The notes below the pieces were generated by a model, which saw nothing but the letters and a program-made list of their open reading frames with translations, ran no database searches and was not told the origin of the DNA. From NCBI GenBank assembly GCA_041690135.1, contig JAWLHY010000005.1, positions 32,001 to 96,000 of the forward strand: a DNA stretch of 64,000 nt, in the 5' to 3' direction. Below, piece by piece: positions 20,453 through 29,211 of this stretch. Positions within the stretch are counted from its first letter, which is position 1. Every line of letters starts with the position of its first letter. Position numbers and translations under genes: made by a program. Source of the stretch: Armatimonadota bacterium (GTDB lineage: Bacteria; Armatimonadota; SYMT01).

Positions 20453-21124
20453 CTACCTCTCCCGCGCCTTGCTGAGGCGGTCCGCCAGATGCACCGGTTC
20501 CGGCAGGCGGTGGCCTCGGACGCAGACCATGGCCAGGTCCCCCACCGCCTCCGGGGCCACCCGGTGACCCGGAGAGACATAGACCGGCTTCGAGCCCCGC
20601 CGGGTCCGCAGCAGCACGCCGATCTGGCGACCGTTCGGGAGCAGTAGCGGCGTGCGGTCCCCCGGTTCTGGACCGGGTTCCTCGGCCCGGCCGGTCAGCC
20701 GCGTCTTGCCGATGCCGATCGTCGGGCGGTCCAGCAGCACGCCCACGTGGGCGGCGATCCCCAAGCCGCGTGGGTGCGCGATGCCCTGGCCGTCGAACAA
20801 CAGCAGGTCCGGCTCGCTTTGCACCTTCCGCAGGGCGGCCTCCACCAGGGGGCCTTCGCGGAATGCCAGGAGGCCGGGAATGTAGGGGATGGTGATCGGC
20901 ATCTCGACCACCGCCTCCTCGACCACGGCGCCGTCCTCCAGTCGCCAGACGACCACCACGCCCCGTCCCAGTTCGTCCTCCCGACCCAGGGCCAGGTCTA
21001 CACCGGCGACCAGCCGGACCTCCCGAAGGCTAGTCTCCAGCGAGACGAGTGGGGCCATCTCCTTTTGGGCCGCAATCATCTCGGCCACGGAAAGATCCCA
21101 GAGTGGAGTGCGTGCAAACTCCAT
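20453..21124 (-). CDS. nfi: Endonuclease V (deoxyinosine 3' endonuclease)
   Basis: VAGVD, PYIPGLLAFREGP, DGQGIAHPRGLGIAAH, PVYVSPGH, LPEPVHLAD. Confidence 0.93.
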   Translation of the reverse strand: MEFARTPLWDLSVAEMIAAQKEMAPLVSLETSLREVRLVAGVDLALGREDELGRGVVVVWRLEDGAVVEEAVVEMPITIPYIPGLLAFREGPLVEAALRKVQSEPDLLLFDGQGIAHPRGLGIAAHVGVLLDRPTIGIGKTRLTGRAEEPGPEPGDRTPLLLPNGRQIGVLLRTRRGSKPVYVSPGHRVAPEAVGDLAMVCVRGHRLPEPVHLADRLSKARER

Positions 21125-21286
21125 TGCGTCAACCTACCCTTGCCTGACGTGCCATCGACTCCGTTCAAGAACCGGCAACATGCCCCCCATCCATCCGTGT
21201 CTAAACACCGGGGGCGCACCCTCTACCGTACTTGCCAATCCTTACTTCCCCGCCCTCTCCGTAGCTTCTTCAACTCCGAGGAAATC

Positions 21287-22555
21287 ATGAAACCCTGGCA
21301 CTATTGTGGAGCCGTTCTGGCCGGCGCTACCACGTTGATTGCGGGTGGGTTAAGCCAACCGGCGGCTCGCGCCCAGCAAACGGTCAACTGGCTCTCCGAT
21401 TTTGAGGCGGCCCGCACCGTCTCCCGGCAGACCGGCAAGCCGCTCTTCGTGGCGTTCCGCTGCGAGCGTTGAGCGACCTGCAAGAATCTCGACTCACAGG
21501 TGGTGAGTCCTCAAGACCCGGAGTTGGCCCAGCTTCTCAACCGGTACGTGCCGGTGCGGATCGTTAACTTCAAAGGCGTGGACCTGAACCTTTTCAAGTT
21601 CGACTACGATCTCACCTTTGCCGCCCTGCTCATGAACCCGGATGGGCGGACCTACGCCCGCTTCGGCACCAACGATTGGAAGGCTGACGCCAGCCGCATG
21701 TCCATCCCCGGTCTCAAGCAGGTGATGCGGGAGGTGCTGGCGAAGCACGGACGCGAGTCCCGGAACCCGGCCTCTCCGGCCCCCGCCCCGCGGCGGACAC
21801 TGGCGGACGTACCCGCCTTCACGGCGATGAAGCAGTCGAAGGACGCTTGCTATCACTGCCACTACGCCAATAACGCGCGCTTCCGGCAGTTGGAACTGGA
21901 CGGCAGGTTCGTCAAGGAACTGCTCTATCAGCACCCACACCCGGAGAATATCGGCATCACGCTGGAGGTGGATGCCAATAACGTGGTCCATTCCGTGGTG
22001 CCGGGCTCCCCCGCCGCTCAGGCCGGGATTCGCCCGAGGGACGTCATTCGCCGGGCCGGCAAGATAGAGGTTTATTCCAGTGCGGATCTCCAGTTCGCCC
22101 TGGATGAGGTTGCGGACCCGGGCCGCATCACACTGGAAGTCAATCGCCAGGAGAAGCTGCTCCCGCCACTGGCGCTGAACCTGCCGAAGGGATGGCGACG
22201 CTCCGACATCAGTTGGCGGCCGTCGCAGGGGGATATCCCGCCGACGGTGGGGATGTGGGCCCGGCCCTTAACCGCCGCGGAGAAGCAGAAGCGAGGGATT
22301 GCCGCGGACCGGCTGGCGTTGCAGGTGAACTTCTTTTTCCCCGGCCCCAAATGGGCCCGCACCCGCGGCGACCTCCGGAACGGCGACATTCTCCTGGGCG
22401 TGGACGGCAAGGAACTGCCGGAGATGACCACGCGTCAGTTTCACAGCCACTTCCGCCTCACCCACAACGTGGGCGATACCGCTACTCTCACGGTCCTGCG
22501 AGGCTCCCAGCGCCTGGAGATCCGGGTTCCCGGCCTGGATCCCGGCGAAGCCTGA
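21287..22555 (+). CDS. Exported thioredoxin-like/CxxCH/PDZ selenoprotein (Sec at UGA 21470-21472)
   Basis: Signal peptide + WLSDFEAARTVSRQTGKPLFVAFRCER-UGA-ATCKNLD continues in frame into ORF 21500-22555; CYHCH motif; two PDZ-like segments; SECIS-like hairpin downstream. Confidence 0.85.
21470..21510 (+). promoter_or_regulatory. Candidate bacterial SECIS element
   Basis: Perfect stem GACTCAC/GTGAGTC (21491-21509) with apical loop AGGTG starting 25 nt after the UGA. Confidence 0.75.
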
Positions 22556-22573
22556 CCGTGCGGATTGAAAACC

Positions 22574-22605
22574 GCCGAGGCTCGTGGCCTGCCACGAGCC
22601 TCGGC
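22574..22605. terminator. Long inverted repeat between convergent genes (probable bidirectional terminator)
   Basis: gccgaggctcgtggc-ct-gccacgagcctcggc; AAAA just upstream gives a short U-run on the minus strand. Confidence 0.6.
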
Positions 22606-22639
22606 TGGAATTCAACCATCCTGTGGTTATGAGGAACGA

Positions 22640-23308
22640 CTAGTTGACCAGCACGTTCCGCTCGCCGTTGTAGATCTTGTTCTGGTTGAACCACTTTACA
22701 TGGCCGTCCAGGAACGAGACGTTGGCGCCTTCGTTGTGCCGGTTGCGATAGCCGTTGCCCGGCACGTACCACGTCGGGTTCGTGGGAATGGTGCCGTCCT
22801 CATTGATCTGCGTCCATGCATAGACCAGCCCGGCTTCCATCAGCATGAACTGGCTGGACACCTGGTTGATCTGCGCGACCGCTCCGCCGTGCCGGACCAG
22901 GTTGAAGCCATAGTTGGCCCGGTGTCCCTGGAAGTTAGTGGGCAGGTTCGGCCGTCCGCCGCCGCAGGGGTGAGCACCGCCCGGCTGGATGTCCGCGCCC
23001 GCCGTGGGGGTTTGGGACGGACACTTGAGAATGCCGACGTTCTTCATATAGGGCTGGCAGGAGATGTTCCAGGCCATACCGTAGGTCATGCCGTCGCAGT
23101 TGGCCCACGGCAGCACTTCGTCGTAGTCCTGGACGTACATCAGGACGGCGGTGGAAATCTGGCGGACGTTACTGGCGCAGCTCGACTGGCGAGCGGCCTC
23201 GCGAGCGCGAGCGAAGACGGGGAAGAGGATAGCGGCGAGGATGGCGATGATGGCTATCACCACGAGTAGTTCGATGAGGGTGAAGCCGCGACGAGGATTC
23301 CGTGACAT
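22640..23308 (-). CDS. Prepilin-type N-terminal cleavage/methylation protein, DUF1559 / H-X9-DG type
   Basis: [42 protein letters not shown]; [15 protein letters not shown]. Confidence 0.92.
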   Translation of the reverse strand: MSRNPRRGFTLIELLVVIAIIAILAAILFPVFARAREAARQSSCASNVRQISTAVLMYVQDYDEVLPWANCDGMTYGMAWNISCQPYMKNVGILKCPSQTPTAGADIQPGGAHPCGGGRPNLPTNFQGHRANYGFNLVRHGGAVAQINQVSSQFMLMEAGLVYAWTQINEDGTIPTNPTWYVPGNGYRNRHNEGANVSFLDGHVKWFNQNKIYNGERNVLVN

Positions 23309-23450
23309 GAGTTCTCCGTAGTGCCGGACAAATGGCACACGGACTGTTTATAGCGGGTTGCCGCCTCCCTGGATAAGCTCTGAAGATTGTGGTTCCTAGC
23401 TTCCAGTATTGCGTTTTACAAGAAACCGTAGGGCGTCTAGACATCCAGCT

Positions 23451-24383
23451 ATGCGACTACTCTTTTGCACCGATCCCTTCGATCCGGGTGCCCCGGATGC
23501 GGAATACCAGGTGGAAGCCAGCGCGGCCGGAGCCGCCGGCTTCGCAACGCACCTGGTCGACTTCGAAGCGCTGCAGGGGAACGATCCGGAACGTTCGGTC
23601 CGCCGCGTGCCGCCCGCGGATCCGCCCTGCCCTGCGCTCTACCGCGGCTGGATGATGACGGTGGATCGGTATGCGCGCCTGTACGCCGCTTTGCGGTCGC
23701 GAGGGGTGTATCTCCTCAACGACCCCGAGGCGTATCGCCACTGTCATCACCTGCCCGCTGCGTATTCCCTCATCCGGCCCTACACCCCGCGGACGGTCTG
23801 GCTGGAGATTGGTCCGGAGGTCGACTTCGATCGGGTGGTGGCGCTGCTTTCCGGGTTTGGCGATGCGCCACTGATCATCAAAGACTTTGTCAAGTCGCAG
23901 AAGCACTACTGGCATGAGGCCTGTTTCATCCCGTCCGCGTCGGACCGGGGAGCCGTGGAGCGGGTCGTCCGCAGGTTCGTGGAGCTTCAGGGTGAAGATC
24001 TTTGTGGCGGCCTCGTCTTCCGGGAATATGAGGAGTTCGAGCCGGTCGGAATGCACCCCAGGAGTGGTCTCCCGCTCACTCGCGAATACCGGGTGTTCTA
24101 CTTCGATGGTGTGCCGTTCTTCACCACGCGCTACTGGGAGGAAGGCACCTATGGTACAATTGAGCTACCCTTTGCCCGGTTCCAGAGTGTTGCGAGGGAG
24201 ATCCGGAGCCGCTTCTTCACGATGGACCTGGCCCTCCGTAAGGATGGCGAGTGGCGGATCGTCGAGCTCGGAGATGCCCAGGTGGCGGGGCTCCCCGAGC
24301 ATGTGGACCGCGGCGAGTTCTACCGGGCGCTGGCGGCCGTTTCCGGCAACGTGGCCTGGGCAGCGGACTCTCCCGCCACGTAG
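23451..24383 (+). CDS. ATP-grasp domain protein (DUF4343/R2K-like)
   Basis: YRGWMM, IIKDFVKSQKHYW, GLVFREY, EYRVF, FFTMDLA, IVELGDAQVAGLP. Confidence 0.8.
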   Translation: MRLLFCTDPFDPGAPDAEYQVEASAAGAAGFATHLVDFEALQGNDPERSVRRVPPADPPCPALYRGWMMTVDRYARLYAALRSRGVYLLNDPEAYRHCHHLPAAYSLIRPYTPRTVWLEIGPEVDFDRVVALLSGFGDAPLIIKDFVKSQKHYWHEACFIPSASDRGAVERVVRRFVELQGEDLCGGLVFREYEEFEPVGMHPRSGLPLTREYRVFYFDGVPFFTTRYWEEGTYGTIELPFARFQSVAREIRSRFFTMDLALRKDGEWRIVELGDAQVAGLPEHVDRGEFYRALAAVSGNVAWAADSPAT

Positions 24384-25585
24384 CCGGTGGAAAAGGCGGC
24401 CTGCAGGTTGTAGCCCCCCACCGGGCCGGCCAGGTCGAGGATTTCGCCGCACAGGTAAAGGCCCGCGATCTTCCTGCTGGCCATCGTGCGCGGATCGACT
24501 TCTTCCAACGCCACTCCGCCGGCGGTGACCTCGCCGCGTTCCAGGGGTACCGCGCGCACTGAGCCGAACTCCCACCGCTTGAGGATCTCTACCAAACGGT
24601 TCCGACCCTTCCGCGGTAGCTGGTGGAGCGGGGTCGCCGGCTCCAGCCCGGCGCGCTCCAGCGCTTCCGGGACGAGGCGATCCGGGAGCCACTCCCCCAC
24701 CAGCGTCTTGATCGTCCGGCGACCCTGGCTGCCGTGGACTTCCGCGATCCGTTCCGACAGGACTTCGTGCGGCACGTCCGGGAGAAGGTCCGCATCGAGG
24801 GTGACCGTTCCCTTTTCCAGGGCCAGGGTTACGACGCGGCTCACACCCAGCGCCGTGGGGCCCGAGATCCCCTGGTGCGTATAGAGCAGGTCCCCGCGCC
24901 ACCGCGCGAGTTCCTTGCCGTTCTGGCGGCCCTTGAGGATGCAGTCCCGCAGCGCCACTCCGCTGTAATCCGGACGGCACCCTTCGGCCAGGTAGATCGG
25001 CGCCAGGGCCGCCCGCAGCGGCACGAGGGAGTGGCCCGCTTCCCGCATCCAGCGGAAGCCGTCGCCCGTGGTGCCGGTCTTCGGATAACTGCTGCCTCCC
25101 ACCGCCACTACGACGGTGCGCGCGGGATACCGCCGGCCCTCCGCCTCCACGCCGAGGATTCGGCCCCCTTCGATCCAGAGCGAACCGACGGGCACCTTCT
25201 GCTCGATCTTCACCCCGGCCTGGTGGAGATACCAGGCGATGCCGTCCACCACGTCATCCGCGCGCCCGCTGTCGGGGAACACTCTCCCGTCCGGTCGGGT
25301 GTGGACCGTTACGCCGCGGCGCCGGAGGAGGGACAGCACGTCCTCGTTTGTGAACCGGCGGAACGCGTGGCTCAAGAAGCGGGCCTCCTCCGGCACGAAG
25401 GCGCGGCGGACACTCTCCATTTCGCCGGCGTGGGTGATGTTGCACTTACCGCCACCGCTGATGTGGATCTTCAATCCCAGCCGGTCGTTCTTCTCCAGCA
25501 GCCGGGTCCGGGCACCCAGGGTCGCCGCCCGCCACGCCGCGAACATGCCCGCGGCTCCCCCACCGATAACCAGTACGTCGTCCAT
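24320..25585 (-). CDS. HI0933/BaiN family NAD(P)/FAD-dependent oxidoreductase
   Basis: IGGGAAG, KIHISGGGKCNIT, GGSSYPKTGTTGDG, VTAGGV, GEILD..GPVGGYNLQAAFSTG. Confidence 0.92.
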   Translation of the reverse strand: MDDVLVIGGGAAGMFAAWRAATLGARTRLLEKNDRLGLKIHISGGGKCNITHAGEMESVRRAFVPEEARFLSHAFRRFTNEDVLSLLRRRGVTVHTRPDGRVFPDSGRADDVVDGIAWYLHQAGVKIEQKVPVGSLWIEGGRILGVEAEGRRYPARTVVVAVGGSSYPKTGTTGDGFRWMREAGHSLVPLRAALAPIYLAEGCRPDYSGVALRDCILKGRQNGKELARWRGDLLYTHQGISGPTALGVSRVVTLALEKGTVTLDADLLPDVPHEVLSERIAEVHGSQGRRTIKTLVGEWLPDRLVPEALERAGLEPATPLHQLPRKGRNRLVEILKRWEFGSVRAVPLERGEVTAGGVALEEVDPRTMASRKIAGLYLCGEILDLAGPVGGYNLQAAFSTGYVAGESAAQATLPETAASAR

Positions 25586-25725
25586 GCCTCAACCAGCTCT
25601 CCGTGGGCCCCTCGGACCCTTTTCCCCGCGCGATCCCTGGGTGAACCATAGCACTTACCACCGGACCGCTGCGACCCAGGAATCGGGTTGCGTCTGGTTC
25701 CCCTTCAGGCGGAAAAGGGCTCGCG

Positions 25726-25754
25726 TTGACGCTCTCACCCCATCCTCTTATAAT
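25726..25754 (+). promoter_or_regulatory. Sigma70-type promoter of the rimO operon
   Basis: TTGACG-17 bp-TATAAT, about 70 nt upstream of the rimO ATG. Confidence 0.75.
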
Positions 25755-25823
25755 GTTGCCGCTCGGGAGGGGCCAACCGGCAAATTGCGTCCGGCGTCGT
25801 ACGCCTCTCGAACGCCGGAGCTC

Positions 25824-27227
25824 ATGTCGGAAAAAGTCGCGCTTATCAATCTCGGTTGTCCCAAAAACCTCGTCGATTCGGAGGTAATGCTGGGCCACCT
25901 GCGCGCGGAAGGCTACGAGTTGACCACCGACGTGAATGCGGCGGATGTCGTGGTGGTGAACACCTGCGGGTTTCTCGAAGCTTCCGCCCAGGAGTCGGTC
26001 GATACGCTTCTCGCCGCTGCCCAGCGCAAGAAGGAAGGGCACCTCCGCGCGGTGATTGCCGCCGGCTGCATGACCCAACGCTACGGCGAGGATGTTGCCG
26101 AGGCCATGCCGGAGGTCGACGGCTTCCTCGGGGTAGGCCAGGCCCACTCGCTGCCGGAAGTCGTACGCCGCGTGCTCACCGGCGAGCGCGCCTCGATCCT
26201 CACCGGGCCCAGTGCCGGCTTTGAGGGCTACGGCCTGCGCCTTCAGGCGACCGCCGGCCACACGGCCTACCTCAAGATCTCCGAAGGCTGCGACCGGAAG
26301 TGTGCCTTCTGCATCATCCCGCAGATTCGCGGAGGCATGGTCAGCCGCTCCGTCCCGGACCTGGTTCGCGAAGCGCGTCTTCTGGCGGCCCAGGGCACTC
26401 GCGAATTGATCCTCATCGGACAGGACCCCACCCGGTACGGCGTCGATCTGGGCGGGCACCAGCTGGCGGATCTTCTGGCCCAGCTCAACGAGATCGAGGA
26501 ACTGCGCTGGATCCGGGTGATGTACCTTTTCCCCGATCGCCACGTGGAGCCGGTGCTGGAGGCGGTCGCCTCCCTGCCGAAGGTTTGCAAGTACCTCGAT
26601 ATGCCGTTCCAGCACGCTTCCGCGGAGGTGCTGAGAACGATGAACCGGCCGGGAGGCGGGCAGGACTACCTGCGCCTTCTGACGAAACTACGCGAAACCT
26701 GTCCCGATATCTCTATCCGTTCGACGTTCATTGTCGGATTCCCCGGAGAAACGGACGAGCACTGCCGCGAGTTGGCCGCCTTCCTGCGGGAAGCGCAGCT
26801 CGATTGGGTGGGAATGTTCCGTTATTCCCGCGAGGAAGGCACCCCGGCGGCCGAAAGAGCCCGCCAGGTGCCGCGTCGCGTCAGCCGCCAGCGGTACGAC
26901 CGGCTGATGCAGTTGCAGCAGAAGATCAGTGAACGGCGATTGAAGCGCTGGTTGGGCCGCACCGTCGAGGTGGTTGTCGAGGCGGTGAACGGCGCTTCCG
27001 GAGTCGGTAGAACCTCGGGCCAGGCACCGGAGATCGACGGGGAAACACGGCTCGACCTGACCGGGCTGCCGGAGACGCGCGTGGGAGACTTCGTTCTGGC
27101 CGAGGTGACCGGTTCCGGCACCTACGACCTCGAGGCCCGCGCGCTGTCGCTCGCGCACCGGCCCCCGCTCCGCAACCCCGGGTTGATCCAGATCGGATTG
27201 CCCGCCGGACCCAATGGATGGAAGTGA
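25824..27227 (+). CDS. rimO: Ribosomal protein S12 methylthiotransferase RimO
   Basis: LGCPKNLVDSE, NTCGF, AYLKISEGCDRKCAFCIIP, QAPEIDG, TRAM domain. Confidence 0.95.
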   Translation: MSEKVALINLGCPKNLVDSEVMLGHLRAEGYELTTDVNAADVVVVNTCGFLEASAQESVDTLLAAAQRKKEGHLRAVIAAGCMTQRYGEDVAEAMPEVDGFLGVGQAHSLPEVVRRVLTGERASILTGPSAGFEGYGLRLQATAGHTAYLKISEGCDRKCAFCIIPQIRGGMVSRSVPDLVREARLLAAQGTRELILIGQDPTRYGVDLGGHQLADLLAQLNEIEELRWIRVMYLFPDRHVEPVLEAVASLPKVCKYLDMPFQHASAEVLRTMNRPGGGQDYLRLLTKLRETCPDISIRSTFIVGFPGETDEHCRELAAFLREAQLDWVGMFRYSREEGTPAAERARQVPRRVSRQRYDRLMQLQQKISERRLKRWLGRTVEVVVEAVNGASGVGRTSGQAPEIDGETRLDLTGLPETRVGDFVLAEVTGSGTYDLEARALSLAHRPPLRNPGLIQIGLPAGPNGWK

Positions 27228-27239
27228 GTAACGAACACC

Positions 27240-29189
27240 ATGACCGTGGAAGCCACGCTTTCGCCTGACCGGAATAGCGAAGACAACCTGCGCGCGCGCG
27301 CACTCGACGCAGTTCGCGGTGAGGCGCTGCTGACAATCCTGGAGTCGGATGAGCCGCTGCGGACGGCGGACGTCGCCCGGTCCGTAGCCGAGCGCCTGGA
27401 CCTGGAGTTGGGGGAAGAGGAACTGGGAGGTTTGGCGCAGATCGTGCGCATGGTCCTCGACAGCGATCCCCTCTTTTCGCAGGCGAACCGCCAGTGGGAT
27501 CTGGCCCTCCGCATGGGACGCGCGGAAGGCGACCGGCGGAAGCCCGTAGAGCGCGCTCTGATGGACTTCATCGATCTGGTGGGCCACCCGACCTATCCCC
27601 ACCCCATCGCCGTACTGGCCGCCGCCGTCTACGGTCGCCAGGCCGACTACTACGAGTCGATGCTCGACCGCCTGGTGGAAGCCGACCGGCACTTTTTCGA
27701 TGTTTCCGGCGGCCTGATCGGCCCAAGCCGGTGGCTCCTGGATATCACCGCGGGCGATTTGGAAGATGTCGAATGGGACAACTTCGAAGACGACACGCAA
27801 CTGCGTGCGCTCCGGGAAGTGGCCCGCGGGCTGGATGCGGGAGACCCCGCCGGGTATGCCCGGGCGATTGTGGAGAAGGCCGGCGTGGCCGACAACATCG
27901 CGCTGCAGTTCCTGATCTGGAGCAAGTTCTCGGATCTGGCCCCGGCGGAGATCTTCCGTCGCCTTTACCGGGATGCAGGGCTGGCCCTGGAGCGGGGACC
28001 GGTATGGGTCGTCGGCTCGGAACGGGAGCAGGTCCTCGATACAGTGCGGAGGATGACTCGGGAGACCGAAGAGCTCACCGAGCTCGTGGCCGCAACGGCG
28101 CCGGCCGAAGAAGAAGAGATCGGAATCCTGGCGCCCACGGCGGTCCGTGTCTCGGATGACGACCTGGACCAGGTCTATGAATACATGACCGACGAAGTGC
28201 GGAGCTACCGCGCCACGGAACTCTGCCAGCAGGCACTGGAGGCGTTCCCCGGCAGTCGCACCTACGCCGGCGTCCACGAGTCGCTCATCTCCCGGCTGAA
28301 AGAGGACCCTCGCTTCGTGTGGGTGGGCGCGGAGCGGTTCCGCCTGGATGGCTCGATCCCGCCGGAGGTGGAAGCCCTCCCCGAAGGTCTTACCTTCGAC
28401 GAGCGGGCCTACCGCGTGGATGAAGAAGGCGAGACGGAGCGGGTGCTCGACGTTCAGGATTGGAAATTCAACCTGGACGAGCAGGTCCAGCACTATCTCG
28501 TGCAGGATATCGGCGACGACAGCAGCCCCCGTCCCACCTCCACCCCGACCAGCCTGGTCACCAGCCCGCCGCTGCACCATTATGTGGCCGGTACGCTCTA
28601 CCTGCGGAACTCGGACCGGGGTTTCTTCCCGGCGCAGCCCGACGTGGTGCAGGTGACGCTGAACGTGGGTGAGAACCGGTTCGACGTGTGGGTGAACAAC
28701 CGGTTGGGCCTGGTGTTCGGTCTGAAGGAGTGGTATGAGGCGAACCTGCCGTGGGTCGGTGGTCGTCTCACTTTTGGACGCGGGGAGCAACCCGACGAGT
28801 ACCAGCTGAGTTACGGCGGCGATACGGAGCCGCTGATGGATATCCCGCTGGAGCGGCTTCAGCAGCTCCTCGCGCTGCGCGCGGAAGCGGAGTCCGCGGC
28901 CATCTCCATGTCCGACCTGGTGCAGCGTCTGCTGAAAGACCGGCCTGAAGGTGCCCACTTCGTGACGCTGTTCACCGAGCTCAACATCGTCCGGAGATCG
29001 CGGCGTGCCCAGTTGGCCAGCGCCCTCTCGGCCCAGCGCTACTTCACGCAGAATCCGCAGGAGCCGGGAATCTGGCACTACGACGAGAAGCGTGCCCAGA
29101 AGACGAAGGGCAAGAAGAAGGGTGGTCCTCGCCGGCCGATGCGCGAAATGTACGAAGAGGACGAGGACGAAGAGTTCGAGTACGAATAA
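27240..29189 (+). CDS. Hypothetical protein with repeated winged-helix-like segments and basic/acidic tail
   Basis: 649-aa ORF packed between rimO and gltX with host-like codon usage; see findings. Confidence 0.8.
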   Translation: MTVEATLSPDRNSEDNLRARALDAVRGEALLTILESDEPLRTADVARSVAERLDLELGEEELGGLAQIVRMVLDSDPLFSQANRQWDLALRMGRAEGDRRKPVERALMDFIDLVGHPTYPHPIAVLAAAVYGRQADYYESMLDRLVEADRHFFDVSGGLIGPSRWLLDITAGDLEDVEWDNFEDDTQLRALREVARGLDAGDPAGYARAIVEKAGVADNIALQFLIWSKFSDLAPAEIFRRLYRDAGLALERGPVWVVGSEREQVLDTVRRMTRETEELTELVAATAPAEEEEIGILAPTAVRVSDDDLDQVYEYMTDEVRSYRATELCQQALEAFPGSRTYAGVHESLISRLKEDPRFVWVGAERFRLDGSIPPEVEALPEGLTFDERAYRVDEEGETERVLDVQDWKFNLDEQVQHYLVQDIGDDSSPRPTSTPTSLVTSPPLHHYVAGTLYLRNSDRGFFPAQPDVVQVTLNVGENRFDVWVNNRLGLVFGLKEWYEANLPWVGGRLTFGRGEQPDEYQLSYGGDTEPLMDIPLERLQQLLALRAEAESAAISMSDLVQRLLKDRPEGAHFVTLFTELNIVRRSRRAQLASALSAQRYFTQNPQEPGIWHYDEKRAQKTKGKKKGGPRRPMREMYEEDEDEEFEYE

Positions 29190-29211
29190 GCCGTACGCGA
29201 GTAAACGCTTG

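Noticed and set aside
21470-21472. Nonsense mutation/pseudogene reading of the in-frame TGA
   Set aside because: It falls at the redox-motif position, is followed by a SECIS-like hairpin, and both halves are otherwise intact
25116-25823. Long N-terminal extensions in the ORF track for RimO (also GltX 29005, MCP 9637, STAS 61670)
   Set aside because: They overlap neighbouring genes or regulatory RNA; homology, promoter or RBS point to the downstream starts
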